A stretch of DNA of 62,569 nt, the filler included, from Squatina squatina (Eukaryota): NCBI GenBank assembly GCA_031763465.1. It is 3 parts of 3 records of this genome, joined end to end, with 100 filler letters (N's around TTAATTAATTAA, not from the genome) between each part and the next. Parts side by side here need not be neighbours in the genome. Positions count along the whole stretch, not along the records: positions 23,812 to 49,795 come from JARFOE010000004.1; 2 more parts are not named here. One strand, 5' to 3'. Shown in pieces: positions 23,812 through 37,200 of this stretch; the first letter of the stretch is position 1; each line of letters begins with the position of its first letter. The notes under the pieces are model-generated. The model worked only from the letters and a program-made list of their open reading frames with translations. It was not told the origin of the DNA and did no database searches. The translations under genes and the position numbers were made by a program.

Positions 23812-25741
23812 TCAAATATCGTACACCCTCTGAAACCAAAATCCGACCTTCATCCAACACAAACATTATAGATATTAGGCAGCAATTATTAAAGATTAAA
23901 AAAAAATATGCAAAAGGCTTAGGCAGAAGTTGCACAATCTAATTTCTTGAGGAAATGACATTGAATTAGAAGCCAGCATTTTAACAGCATGCCAGCTACT
24001 CTATTATGCATAAAAATTAATTATATCAGGTGAATTTGAAAGGAATATGGATTGCTTGTGTCTGTTTCCAATCATCTCCTCGATCCCAATCTACTCCATG
24101 AAACAAATGAATGACAGAATAAATTAGGGACAATATCCTTATGCCAAGAATCTGCACCAACCATTAATTCCCACCTACACATTTCCTGCATAATCACAAG
24201 CAGAGTGATGCTAATAGCCGTGTCTCGACACTGCTAAAGCAAGGGAGAAAATAAAATATACAAGCTTGGAAACAGATCGTCACATCCAGTTCAAACTGGA
24301 ATATGATTCACGGCATCAAATTGCAAAAACTCCAAACTGAAACGGTTATTGAGCAAAAAAGTAATTGCTGACAGCAATTAGCTAGATTAGTCATTGGGAA
24401 GGCTCTCTCATCGCAGAGGGTCACCGACTTTTGGACGATGTTGTTGGCTCATGCAGTGAGTGCAGATTCATGGCAAACATTCATAAGGAACTTGGACAAG
24501 TTCCTGAGTTTATCCTAAAATGGCCAAAGTATTTTTCTCGCCTCTCCCATGAGATTGGTTGGCTTGGCGTGGGGCAGACAGGGGTCATGCTATGCAGAAG
24601 TTACACCACGACAGTCTCGGGTAGGCCTGATGGAAAAGCTGATCTTTTCTTGCCCTTTGTTTTTATATGTCTGCATGCTTTGGAAGAGACCTAGGAGTAG
24701 GTTGTCTGACTGTCCTTTTGAGCTGGCAATGGTACATGGGGCTGGTAGAGAAGAGGATGGAAGGATTAATAGAAGGGGAGGAAAATGAATGGCATTTTGT
24801 AATAATGATGTACTATATGATAAAATAAGATTAGAGTTTAGAAAATGTATAAATCACATTATACTGCTGTGAAAATATCACAAACACCTTTTCATGAAGG
24901 CAGTTCCCCATTCAAAGTTTACTATCAGTGCTGNNNNNNNNNNNNNNNNNNNNNNNNNNNNNNNNNNNNNNNNNNNNNNNNNNNNNNNNNNNNNNNNNNN
25001 NNNNNNNNNNNNNNNNNNNNNNNNNNNNNNNNNCAAAGCTGCATCCTCCAGCTTCTCTTCTCCCCCCCCACACCCCCCCCCCCACCCTCAGGTGTAGTTA
25101 GCACGTTGCACGACAGTAAAGATCCCACTGGCTCCAGTTCACCTCAGTGTTGTGCGATAACATCACCTCTGCAACTCGCCATGCACTTTGCTGCCGCCCT
25201 CCCCGGCCCCAGTGACCAACCTGTACCCACCAGCACTTCTCCAACAGCAACCCAAGCTTGGAGGGACATCTGAAATTGTACTGCTGGGTGTTCGACACAG
25301 TTTAGGTGAGTGAGTCTCGGACCTTGGTGAGTGCTGAACGCGTCATTTGTTTACAGAAGCGAAATACTGCGAATGCTGGAGTCTCGAATACTGACTGAAA
25401 ATCATGACATCAGTAAATGGATCATTTTCTGAAAATATATTTATGAATTAAGATATTTAATTCTGGTGATCGCCTGCCTCGCAGTTCGCCCGCTCCCTTC
25501 ACTACATATTAATTGTGTGATTTGGAATTTTCTTTCAGGGAGGGGTTTAAAATGCAGTGTGATTACCACCTCCTGTTTGGATTAAGAAAGAATTTGCCGT
25601 AATATATTGCTTCATTTGTTTATGTAATTATACTGGTAAAGTTGATGAATATGTGTAAATATATACATATATATGTAAAAATTTATAATATATAAGTTGG
25701 CAGCAGAATCAGAAGAGTGACTTTAGAAGCACGCTCCGCCA

Positions 25742-25772
25742 TGCCACCTGCTGGCTGCAGCCTGTAACTACA
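25742..25772 (-). promoter_or_regulatory. Candidate CTCF site (core plus upstream motif)
   Basis: Minus strand TGTAGTTAC-AGGCTGCAG-CCAGCAGGTGGCA fits the CCASYAGRKGGCR core with a TGCAG-like upstream motif at plausible spacing, in unique sequence. Confidence 0.55.
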
Positions 25773-26347
25773 CCGTGACAAACAACTGTTTACATATGAA
25801 AATTCCCATTATAAAATGCAATGATCTCGAAGCCTACAGAGCTTGGAGAATAATTTATTTCCAGTCTTAGTGAAACAGCATTGTTCGCTATAAACTCTTC
25901 TCAAAAGAACATTATTATCTGAGCAATGACACTCGACATCACTGATGAGATAACTACCGTAACTGTAAATGAAAAAAATACAAAAGCAGTGCCCTGACTA
26001 ACTCAAATATAAACATGCCTTATTATAGTACAAGCACACACAATATATTAGTTACCGACCTTTACTTTATGGCAGTTTGTAATACTATTCAAATTTTTAA
26101 AAAAATTAAGTTGTATTCATGCAACTCATGATAGACTCTATTTCGGGTGATATGAATGTTGCAAGTTAATGAAATGTTTATGACTATTTAATATTATTCT
26201 GATAGTTCCCTGAAATGCCGGCAGAGCTTCATTATGTGTAGTGAACTNNNNNNNNNNNNNNNNNNNNNNNNNNNNNNNNNNNNNNNNNNNNNNNNNNNNN
26301 NNNNNNNNNNNNNNNNNNNNNNNNNNNNNNNNNNNNNNNNNNNNNNN

Positions 26348-26700
26348 ATCCACAGCCTTTTGGAGGGGCGGGGTGGGGGTGGGGGGGAGACAGTTTTTCA
26401 GATTTCCACTACGCTTTGTGTGAAGAAGTGCTTCCTGACATCACCTCTGAATGGCCGAGCTCTAATATTAAGGTTATGCCCCCTTGTTCTGGACTCCCCC
26501 ACCAGAGGAAATAGTTACTTTATCTACCCTATCAAATCCTTGAATCATCTTAAACACCTCAATTAGATCACCCCTTAATCTTCTACACATAAGGGAATGC
26601 AAGCCTAGTCTGTGTAACCTGTCCTCATATTTTAACCCTGTTAGTCCTGATATTACTCAAGTGAATCTGCGCTGTACCCACTCCGAAGCCAACATATCCT
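26348..26700 (-). mobile_element. CR1-clade LINE ORF2 3' fragment
   Basis: gtgtgaagaagtgcttcctgacatc, ccttgttctggactccccc and tagatcaccccttaatc are CR1 C-terminal sequence on the reverse strand. Confidence 0.8.
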
Positions 26701-27194
26701 GCAAATTTAGATGGTCTGCATGCCCTGTTGTGATCTCTCATCTATGGATAATGATTTCATGCCCATCAGCATTATGTCTCGGCATGCAATTTCTGACGTT
26801 AAGCTGGAAGGTGTTCAGTAACTTGCGGCAGTCTGAAATGCTGGGCAGAGGAGCTTTTTCCAGTAGTACAAGCATTGGTTAATAATGATGGATTTGCCAT
26901 CCATTTAGACCAAAGCTTTCCCATCACATCTGTGGATTAGGCCTCTGTCTCACATCTGTCACCTTCCGTCAGCCTGGAAGGTTACTTGCTGCTATGTGTC
27001 AGGATTTGTTTTCCGATTTGCTCTTTGCAAACACAGACTGTCACATTTTGTACAGCTGATATCAGCCATCGCATTTCTCTCTAGTAATAGCCTGATGATT
27101 AAATGTCACCTGCACATTAGCTACAACCCTGAAACAAAGCAGTGATTCGTAGCACTCCTTCCTTTCTCAATAGAAGCAATTAAATAATGCAATT

Positions 27195-27469
27195 CTTTCG
27201 GATGAGATGCTAAATTGAGGCCCCGTCTGCTCTCTCTTAGGTTGAAGTAAAAGATCCCACAGCACTATTGCAAAGAAGAGTAGGAGAGTTCATCCCAGTG
27301 TCCTGGCCAATATGTATCCCTCAACCAACATCACTAAAAACAGATTATCTGGTCATTATCACACTGTTGTTTGTGGGAGCTTGCTGTGTGCGAAATGGCT
27401 ACTGCACTGGGAGTATCAGCTTAGATTTTGTGCTCAAGTCTCTTAAGTGGGGCTTGAACCCACAAACCT
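27195..27469. mobile_element. Two Deu-type SINE fragments joined in opposite orientation
   Basis: Plus-strand core at about 27195-27398 runs directly into a minus-strand head at about 27400-27469. Confidence 0.7.
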
Positions 27470-27678
27470 NNNNNNNNNNNNNNNNNNNNNNNNNNNNNNN
27501 NNNNNNNNNNNNNNNNNNNNNNNNNNNNNNNNNNNNNNNNNNNNNNNNNNNNNNNNNNNNNNNNNNNNNGGTTATGCGAACAGCTGCTTAATAATGATGT
27601 CGGGAGAGTGAAATCAGCTCAGACAACTGACGGGAATGCTTTCTGAAGTTAATTATGTTTGCATTTCCTTCTCCCTCA

Positions 27679-27804
<126 letters not shown>

Positions 27805-29403
27805 TTAAAGTAAAGGGAGAGGGGTGGGAGAGGAAGAAGGGAAAAAAAAGAAGAGGAATTGTCAGTCATAGCGAGATAAATTAATTGTCAAATTAGAAGT
27901 CTTTTGTGCATGCAGCAAATATCCCAAAGCTTCCGTGATTAGAAGCAGGACCGAATCAGTCAAAACGGGAGCCTACATAAATTACTACCAGGATGGATTT
28001 ATTTCACCACACCATACACCACTGTAGCGACTGGCTGAAACACACACTAATCTTCCCTGTTTCTGAAATGTATTTTGATGTTGCAGAACTTGGCTTTGGG
28101 GGTTAGGCCTCAGCATCCCATTCCAGTCATAATTTGAGATATAAATGAAGGATGGAGGGTTGGGAGTAAATCACATGTGGGTAAGGGCAGACAGAAAAGA
28201 TCCCTGACTGNNNNNNNNNNNNNNNNNNNNNNNNNNNNNNNNNNNNNNNNNNNNNNNNNNNNNNNNNNNNNNNNNNNNNNNNNNNNNNNNNNNNNNNNNN
28301 NNNNNNNNNNCTCAACTCCTTGCATCAATATAATTTAGTCCCACTGTCAGGCACCCCATTAAATATGATGGAACATATACAACAGACTATGGGAAACATG
28401 AGAACTTGCCCATTACAATACATAATCATCAATCAATTGCATGGCTGACTAACAGATTACATTTGGTACGTGAGGTGTAGCAGAATAAGTTGCCCACAAG
28501 TCTACTGCCAGCCCAGAAGGAAGGGGGTCCCAAGGGGGCCGTAGGTTTTGGGGTGCCAAAGATCGAGCTTAACTTGTGGAGGAACAATTAATAACAGTTC
28601 CTTTGACAGAACTTTTCTAGCGTTACGTGTAATTATAGTGAACTTCACCAGGCTTGTGGAGATACAATTTATTAGGATTGCTAACCCACTGGGGAATTCT
28701 CCAACCAAGTTAATAAGTATCTCTACCGGCAAAGTGCATATGTGCATGTTGGCTGAGTGCATCGCTTACCTGACAATAGCAGTAAATCAGGTGAGTTACT
28801 GCTCTTACACAAAGCTACAATTCCCCCTGCTGATTTAGCTGTAAATCACCAGTGAAACTTTGTGCTCTAAACTGCAATTAAGCCATTAACCAATTAACCC
28901 TTGTTAATGATGATAATGAGGTGCATGACATTTAATGAAGAGGGTTACTGTACAAGCACTGATGGGAAAAGTGATGAAAATTCTCACAAGGACAAATGGC
29001 TGGGTCAGAAGGACCTTTACTTTTTTTTTGCGGTGGGGAGATGGGGGTGGATTCTGAGGTAGAGGCACTCGCTGATGAGGTGCCAAGAATAAAGAAAATC
29101 TCCATGGCTAATGACGACAAAAGATCTACAAAAGGAAATTGGAGGTAAAATAAAAATCTTGTCCCATGTAAGAAAAGGTCAGGGAGGGGCGCACGATATG
29201 TTGGGGTAAAAATCTGTCTGAATCCAGTTTCGGGCCCAGAATCGGTGCTACGCTGGCACCTCGTGCCCTGACCGGCAGGCTCGAAGCCTGCCCAAAATTG
29301 GGCATATGTAAGGCGACCAGATTTCCATGACCGTAAACCGGGACAATCAGGTAATTGGGTACCTGATGTCCTGGCTTTATGCACAGACCTGATTGCGCAT
29401 GCG

Positions 29404-29749
29404 GAGCCAGGGCTCCGTTGAGATGGCGCATGCACAGTCAGGGCTCCGTCGAAACTGCCTATGGCCAGTCAGGGCTCCGTCGAAACTGCCCATGGCCAGT
29501 CAGGGCTCCGTCGAAACTGCCCATGCCCAGTCAGGGCTCCGTCGAAACTGCCCATGCCCAGTCAGGGCTCCGTCGAAACCGCCCATGCCCAGTCAGGGCT
29601 CCGTCGAAATCGCCCATGGCCAGTCAGGGCTCAGTCGAAACCGTCCATGCCCAGTCAGGGCTCCGTCGAAACCGCCCATGGCCAGTCAGGGCTCCGTCGA
29701 GATGGCGCATGCACAGTCAGGGCTCCGTCGAGACTGCCCATGGCCAGTC
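29404..29749. repeat. 31-bp GC-rich minisatellite, at least 11 copies, truncated by a gap
   Basis: Unit CAGTCAGGGCTCCGTCGAAACTGCCCATG(G/C)C starting at 29435, 29466, 29497 and so on. No spacers. Confidence 0.95.
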
Positions 29750-30209
29750 NNNNNNNNNNNNNNNNNNNNNNNNNNNNNNNNNNNNNNNNNNNNNNNNNNN
29801 NNNNNNNNNNNNNNNNNNNNNNNNNNNNNNNNNNNNNNNNNNNNNNNNNCATTGCACTTTCCCTTCTCAATTTGCACTCTGTGCTTAGGTGAGTTGGCTC
29901 AACCATGCATACTTCACCATCTGGAAACTATTCCTCATTCCAGAAACATCATTATCGTCATAATTGGGTAGAACCCTGTCACTGTTTCCATCCAGTACCT
30001 AATGGCATCAATAATTAGTAGCTGAAGTGAAACCACTTTGTGAAGTAAAGCATGGTGGAGTAATCCTGTTCTTATGGAGCGTGGAATAAAATCCCCTTTA
30101 AAACTGAGCCTTATAAAAGTGAGTTTACTAGAAGATTTACTTTGCTAAAGTACATTGCACACATAGTGACTTGCGAGATAAAAGCTTTAAAAGTGACATT
30201 TGAATATAG

Positions 30210-30560
30210 AAACAGTCCAGACAGGAGTGAAATTAGGAAACACTTCTACACACAAAGGGTGGGAGGAGCTTGGAACTCTCCTCCGCAAATGACAATTAAT
30301 GCAAGGTCAATTGTTCATTTTAAATCAGAGATTAATAGCTTTTTGCTAACCAAAGGTATTAAGGGATAATAAGGAGGAGGCCATTCAGCCTCTCGAGCCT
30401 GTTCCGCTTGNNNNNNNNNNNNNNNNNNNNNNNNNNNNNNNNNNNNNNNNNNNNNNNNNNNNNNNNNNNNNNNNNNNNNNNNNNNNNNNNNNNNNNNNNN
30501 NNNNNNNNNNCCATGATTTAACTGAATGTCTGACCAGGCTCGAGGGGCTGAATGACTTAC
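30210..30560. mobile_element. CR1-clade LINE 3' fragments
   Basis: RKHFYTQRVGGAWNSPPQ remnant on the plus strand, then 3' UTR pieces in both orientations around a gap. Confidence 0.75.
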
Positions 30561-31650
30561 TCATGCTCCATCCTATTTTCCTAAGAAAGTGGGACATGTG
30601 TTCCAGTCTCCTACTGTTCCTCCCTAAAGCACCACCCCAAAAGTATTATTGTTGCTTGCGAGATCTTGCTGTACACAAAAACATCTGCCGAGTTTGACAA
30701 TTTCAAAGTTTCAAAATATATTTCATTGGCACATGAATCACTTTGGGATGTTTCTGAGGGGTTTGAAGTGGTGCTATGTAAATACTGTCTTCTACTTTTT
30801 TAATCTTTGAAGGGAAGTGGGGAACGAAGACAATTCGAAAAGGGTTTCCGCGCCAAATAACGGACAGGTTGCCTGGAGTGGCATTTAGAGATGGGCCTTA
30901 TTTCTTTTTAATTCAGGTAGATAAATGTAAAACGGTGGCAAGTGTCTTTGCAAATAAGATGTTAATAATCTGTAAGCAAGGAATTGTCTAACCTGAAAGA
31001 ATAGAAATAATTAAAATAATTATGTTGTTTTGCATCAGTAACTGAAAATAAAACACGCCGACACTCTGCTCAAACTAGCTTCCTGACGACTGCTGATTTC
31101 AGCATAATACACTGACTTTCTCATTGTCACCTTCCAAAGTCACAGAAACATCCAATGTCTGATGCCAGATCTTTTCCACCTACTTTTTTCTGTTACCATA
31201 AATAATGTTACAGAAGCCTAAACTTTACATTAAGCGAACCTTTCTAACACTGGAATGTAAAGAAATGCTATCAAGGTTCTCAAATGTGCATGCGTGTGTT
31301 AATAATAATAAAAAAAATCCCCCATGGAGCATGGAAGAGATAGCAGCGAGCTTTATCTATGAACTCTGCAAGGTGCACGAGCCCATTAATATGTAACAGA
31401 TTTCCTTTGGGATTTATGCAGTAAATTCCAAAAAGGAATGGCATTGCAATATGTATTACATTCTGGGAAATGGTGCTTCACTGGTAGTACACAAAGTTGC
31501 AATGACAACCTTTCTTATTGTTGTTGAAATTTGCAGATAAGGCAGGATGAGCTCTCCAGCTTTATTCACAACTGCGATGAGTCGAAAAATAAAACAAAAA
31601 GTTCGCAGGGTATTTAATGCTTGAATGTTACTCTTAACAAGATAGCTCAC

Positions 31651-31755
31651 CTTGTGCACAACCACAGGAGTACTCGCCAATCATATTGACGCAAGTTGCT
31701 CCATTTTTGCAGGGATCAGAAGCACATTCATCAATGTCTGTTGAGCAGTTCTTGT
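31651..31755 (-). CDS. EYS: Calcium-binding EGF-like coding exon, probably EYS (resembles human exon 13)
   Basis: 105-bp phase 1-1 exon with ttttctttcctgccag| acceptor and |gtgagc donor. Translates [35 protein letters not shown](G); recalled human EYS has [16 protein letters not shown]. The cbEGF motif is generic, so the gene assignment also rests on strand and order. Not called in this frame by the ORF track. Confidence 0.7.
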
Positions 31756-32142
31756 CTGGCAGGAAAGAAAATGAAACATTAAAACTATAAATCATGCTGA
31801 GCTATAATAGGCAGCTAATGTCGCTTCACAGTCCGTGCAGCATCAATATAATCTGGCTTTACAAGTCCACAAAATGTCCCTTTACTGGGTGAGATACAGA
31901 ACAAGTCAACTCGCTCGCTCACTCTTGCTGTCTGTCTCTCTACACATATTGAAAATCTTTTAAGACTATTAAACCAATTAGGTGTCCCTTAGTCAAAGTA
32001 GTATAGCTGGCTTGAATACTTTAGGGGAGATTTTCCTCTTGGTTTCTCAGCTCCCAAGCATAGCGACAGGGAAATGGCGATATGGACCTGCAATGTTGGG
32101 TCTGCATTACCACGATGCTGCTTTGGGCTTTCCTAAGATTTC

Positions 32143-32263
32143 AGCCATGGCTCAGTGGGTAGCACTCCTGCCTCCAAGTGAGGAGAAGGTTGTGGGTTCA
32201 TAGTCCCACTCCAGAGACCTGAGCACAAAGTCTAGACTAACACTCCAGTGCTGCATTGCAAGA
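32143..32263 (+). mobile_element. Deu-type SINE head
   Basis: cagccatggctcagtgggtagcactc...gggttcatagtcccactccagagac. Confidence 0.8.
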
Positions 32264-32954
32264 NNNNNNNNNNNNNNNNNNNNNNNNNNNNNNNNNNNNN
32301 NNNNNNNNNNNNNNNNNNNNNNNNNNNNNNNNNNNNNNNNNNNNNNNNNNNNNNNNNNNNNNNCCAACATGGTCGGAGGCAGTTTAAGGTAAGTGTAAAA
32401 TGTGAGGGTAATTGTAAAATGTGAGGGTAAATCACAGCCCAGCACCCAGCACAACAATAACTTTTATTTATATAGCATCTTATCATAATTCTCAGAAATG
32501 TCAGGAGCAAGTCAGCCAGCCCACAGAAAGAATGCAGGACGTGGTTTACTTTTTCTCATTTTCTGAGAAATGAAAATAGAGTGAACTAAGTGAGGTTTGT
32601 TTGCTCGTGTTGTCTGTAAAAGAAAGCAACTTAACGATTCACCTCAGGTCTCCTCATACTAAAAAGTGTTGTGTCAGCCTGCCTTTTAGAAAGATCGGAT
32701 AGGCAAGTGTAAAAGGCACGTACAAAAGACACAACCTTCAGTTCAAACCACAAATGGGTACTGTTGTTACACCCCCAGGGTATGCTATTGTATGACTAGA
32801 TATTGGACAGTACAGGCACAGTTCTGAATGCAAGATGCTCGGTCCACTAATGGGAGTAACCAGTACAACTGTACGAGAGAGAATTCCGGGTCAGGCCTGA
32901 AACTTGTAACAACATGGTACGATCTGGAATCTGTCCGATGTACTCCAAGATAAT

Positions 32955-33345
32955 ACTTGCATTTATTCAGTGCCTACCACATCAAAACATCTCAAAGTAG
33001 TTCAAGCAAGGAGTTACTTTGAATTGTGACTGCTATATAGATAAACATAGAAACACTCAACAACAACAATGAAGTGAATGACCAGTTCATCTGTTTTAGC
33101 TGGTGCTGTTTGAGGGAGGCATGTTTGTCAGGATCCAAGAAGAATTCCTTGTCCTTCTTCAAATAGTGCCACAGAACACTTAACATGCACCTGTTTAATG
33201 TCAGCCAAAAATTGCATCCTCTGGCAATGCAGCAGTCCCTCAGTACTGCAGTGGAGTGTAACCTACACTAATGTGCTCAATTTCTGGCATGACCTCAAAC
33301 CCATAACCTTCTGATGTAGAGGCAAGAGTGCTACCAATTGAGCCA
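32955..33345 (-). mobile_element. Deu-type SINE, diverged
   Basis: ccctcagtactgcagtggagtg and ttcttcaaatagtgcca motifs in reverse orientation. Confidence 0.75.
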
Positions 33346-33542
33346 TGTTCACACACAATACTGATATTAACATTGCCTGTTATAGCACCTTACCTCTACA
33401 GTGTACCCAAGATAGTTTGCATGTGTGTATGTACATCTGTGTGCATGTATGCTTGCAACTGGGCAGTACAACTTATGGAATCAGGATTGTTAGGTCAAGA
33501 TTTCAACAGTAGATGGAACTGAAAGTAGAAACAAACACACTG

Positions 33543-34218
33543 GGGACGAATTTGCCCTACACCCTGACTGGGGGTGATAACCTCTGGGGATAGGACTCTT
33601 AGCACCCAGTGCAGAAGTCCCGTCCCGCTGAGGAATTGCTCTTACCGCCCCTCAAAGGAAGCGGAACACAATCTCGTGTGCTCCACTTCCTTTGGGGGTG
33701 GTAACCAGGGTGCTACTAGGGCTTACAGGGGAGGGGCGCTGCACACTCTTCAAGGCCTCTCTCTTATGGTCTCCACTAGGCCCCCAGGGTAACATGCAGC
33801 AGGGCCTGCAGCCCAGACCATGCTAGGACCACCATCGTTGAGCCAGCCCAAGAGTTGGCAGGCAAAAAAAGATGGCGGCCCTCCCTTTTAAGGAGCACCC
33901 CAAGAGCGGATGTCCGCCAGCGTCGCGACTCGCGAAGCTGTCGTTGACATCCGCTCGCGCCAGCCTCGTGGCTCGAAAGGCAGTTTCCCCCATGGGGCAT
34001 TAAGCGGTCGGTGCAGAACAGTGAGGGATATCCACGTATGGCGATGACGTCATCGCCGGTTGCACGGCGGCCCGAGGCGCTAACCGTGGGGCTTGGTGCT
34101 GCCATGGCAGCGTCTCCACAAACTCCCAGGCAATTTCCCAGGAGGCAGTCGTGCTCCCCCTCCCCTGGGCACTCCCCAGAGTCACTAATCAGGCTATAAA
34201 AAGGGGCAATTTCGCCCT
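33543..34218. mobile_element. MITE-like non-autonomous DNA transposon with TIRs (possibly PIF/Harbinger-derived)
   Basis: Left end gggacgaatttgccc and right end gggcaatttcgccct are imperfect inverted repeats. CpG-rich interior is similar to 39607-40176 and 60158-60791. Confidence 0.7.
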
Positions 34219-37200
34219 CAGAGTTTTCTCATCTTGGAAGTTTTAACTGTAGTTATTCAATTGCCTCCAAGGATCAATTAAATTAGAGAGAGGCTATGAT
34301 GGTGCAAATTGTACTTGATCTGCGGGAAAGAGGTTGTTCAATGAACCAAACAGCCTTTTGTTCTCTCATGCTTTCTAATGTTCTCATAATGTGGATTCAG
34401 CTGAGACTAAGAAAAAGTAATAGCAAGAGATTTATAATGAGTGGTTATTAGAAGAATGTTTGACTGCAGTACCTTTACAGGCTCAAGCTCAGTTCACTAG
34501 GAAAAATAAAATATTTTATAAATAATTCTTCCTACTTATTCTGCACCACAATCTATGGAGCAACTTTTTAATACAATTGTTCTTGAGATGTGGGCAGTAT
34601 TTATCCAAATCCTCATTGCCCTGTGTGCATTAAAATTCAACCACATAATGTGGGACTGAAGTCACATGTAGGTTGGTTTGGGTAAGGCTGCCCTGAAGGA
34701 CATTAATAAACCAATTGGGTTTTTACAACAACTCAGGAGCTTTCATAGTTTTTTCTTGTGCGAGGCCACAAATTGCCTTGGNNNNNNNNNNNNNNNNNNN
34801 NNNNNNNNNNNNNNNNNNNNNNNNNNNNNNNNNNNNNNNNNNNNNNNNNNNNNNNNNNNNNNNNNNNNNNNNNNNNNNNNNNNNNNNNNNNNNNNNNNNN
34901 NNNNNNNNNNNNNNNNNNNNNNNNNNNNNNNNNNNNNNNNNNNNNNNNNNNNNNNNNNNNNNNNNNNNNNNNNNNNNNNNNNNNNNNNNNNNNNNNNNNN
35001 NNNNNNNNNNNNNNNNNNNNNNNNNNNNNNNNNNNNNNNNNNNNNNNNNNNNNNNNNNNNNNNNNNNNNNNNNNNNNNNNNNNNNNNNNNNNNNNNNNNN
35101 NNNNNNNNNNNNNNNNNNNNNNNNNNNNNNNNNNNNNNNNNNNNNNNNNNNNNNNNNNNNNNNNNNNNNNNNNNNNNNNNNNNNNNNNNNNNNNNNNNNN
35201 NNNNNNNNNNNNNNNNNNNNNNNNNNNNNNNNNNNNNNNNNNNNNNNNNNNNNNNNNNNNNNNNNNNNNNNNNNNNNNNNNNNNNNNNNNNNNNNNNNNN
35301 NNNNNNNNNNNNNNNNNNNNNNNNNNNNNNNNNNNNNNNNNNCTGGATAATTTGCACGTTAATAACGGTGTGCGCATTAAACTCGCCATTATTTTTGCAG
35401 CAATTCTGGACTAATAATACAAAAACTATTCAGAAGAATGGAATTAAAAGGAACATGTACACAGTCAACATAAATGTAAAGAGTGTACAAAGGGAAAATC
35501 TATGTTGCTTTACAGTCCCATGTCTTTCAAGACAGTAAATTTGAAGTATCTTTGTGATTGCTATAACTCTGTAGTTATCTTCTAGCTTAAAAACAATGGT
35601 TCATCACTGGCTGACGTTACAGTGCAGCTGCTATGCAGGTCAAATGTGGTGACCTCAAGATGGTCTCACACCATTTACCAAAACTCAGCCACACTCAGAT
35701 CAGCAACGTCATACTGTGTTCTGTGAACCAATGTGTTGTGGAAACGATGTCACACCAACACAAAAGATGCAGGACAACCGGATTCTCACACTACAAAACT
35801 GTGTGAGGCTTCTGCTCAGGTTTCAGGGCATGAAAGCTAAATGACTGGTTAAATTAAAAGAATGAGTTGAAGTGAGAAATGAAAGATGAGTGGCACCAAG
35901 CCAACAGCCTTCAACTTATTCTAGATTGTCCGGCATATAACATTGCATACTAATGACTGAAGAGGAGCTTGGAAAAGGGTCCGATGAGAGTGTCAGACCA
36001 GCAGTATATCAAGGGAGCACCAATATAATGGAAGGAGAGCATGAAACATGTTCAAGCAGGTCAGTCAGGGTTAGGAAATGAGGCAGCAACTAAAATCTCA
36101 ATCATGTTAGCAACCTAGGTAAGTACTACAAGGCCTGACCTATTTTTAACATTGGGATAATCTGCATTCTTTTAATTATTACAAGCCTCTTATCTAACAA
36201 CACAAACGCTGACAGGTTACATCAGTCACTGAGCTAAAGTCATTTGTGTCAGGCTATTTTTCTATATTGAAGGAGACATAAAAATGTTTGATGTTATTTA
36301 CAACACTGTTACTATAATATAGTTAATAAAGCAACCTGATCCATGCCAATTCAATCAGATTCTTTTCATTTTAGGTCCAAGTTTGCTTTACTTTCTGCAA
36401 TACAATTTATTCTTAAATAGCTCGATAGGGTAATTAGTTCAAATTTGACTTTGAAAATGTTAAAACTCAGTGCCCATTCTCATCAATAATGTAGTTAAGA
36501 ATCAATAAGTTTTCATTGGTATATTGATGTCATGGTGAAGTGCCCTGTTGTATGCATACAGAAATGGTGCAATGATACCTTATTCTGTAACCTCTTCCAG
36601 CCCTACAACCCTCCGAGGTCTCTGTGTTCCTCCAATTCTGGCATCTTGCGCATCCCCGATTTCCTTCACCCCACAATTGTCTTTTGCTGCCTCGGCCCCA
36701 AGCTCTGAAATTCCCTCCCTAATNNNNNNNNNNNNNNNNNNNNNNNNNNNNNNNNNNNNNNNNNNNNNNNNNNNNNNNNNNNNNNNNNNNNNNNNNNNNN
36801 NNNNNNNNNNNNNNNNNNNNNNNACACCTACCCCATGTGAATTATTGAGCCGAGCACTGCCCTCGCAACCGCATTACTGACAGTACAAGCCTGCTATTTA
36901 GTTTATTAAATGCTACTGTACCCCTGTGGATAGCATTATTTCCATTAGAAGTCAAGTGAATGAATAGCTTCACTTTATTTCCACACTAATTCAAAGCAGC
37001 TTTATTAAGTTTCTCAATCCCTCTCATATGTCTTTGCTGCACTCAAGACTAAATCTCCCTCATTGACAAATCTTGCACTACAATAACTTCAAAAAGCTGC
37101 ATTACTTAAAGTGAGATGTCGGGTTGCTCCCATAAGATTTAGTATATGCTTAAAAATATGAAATAAAAATGGTAATATTGAGAGAACTAACAAAAACAAA

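Noticed and set aside
29404-29749. CRISPR array or repeat-protein gene (ORFs 29379-29888, 29393-29971, 29461-29892)
   Set aside because: Units are contiguous with no unique spacers, no cas genes are present and the context is vertebrate. A 31-bp unit cycles through frames, so the ORFs are by-products.
34678-35538. Longest ORFs in the track (200-286 aa)
   Set aside because: Almost entirely X residues from a 561-N gap.
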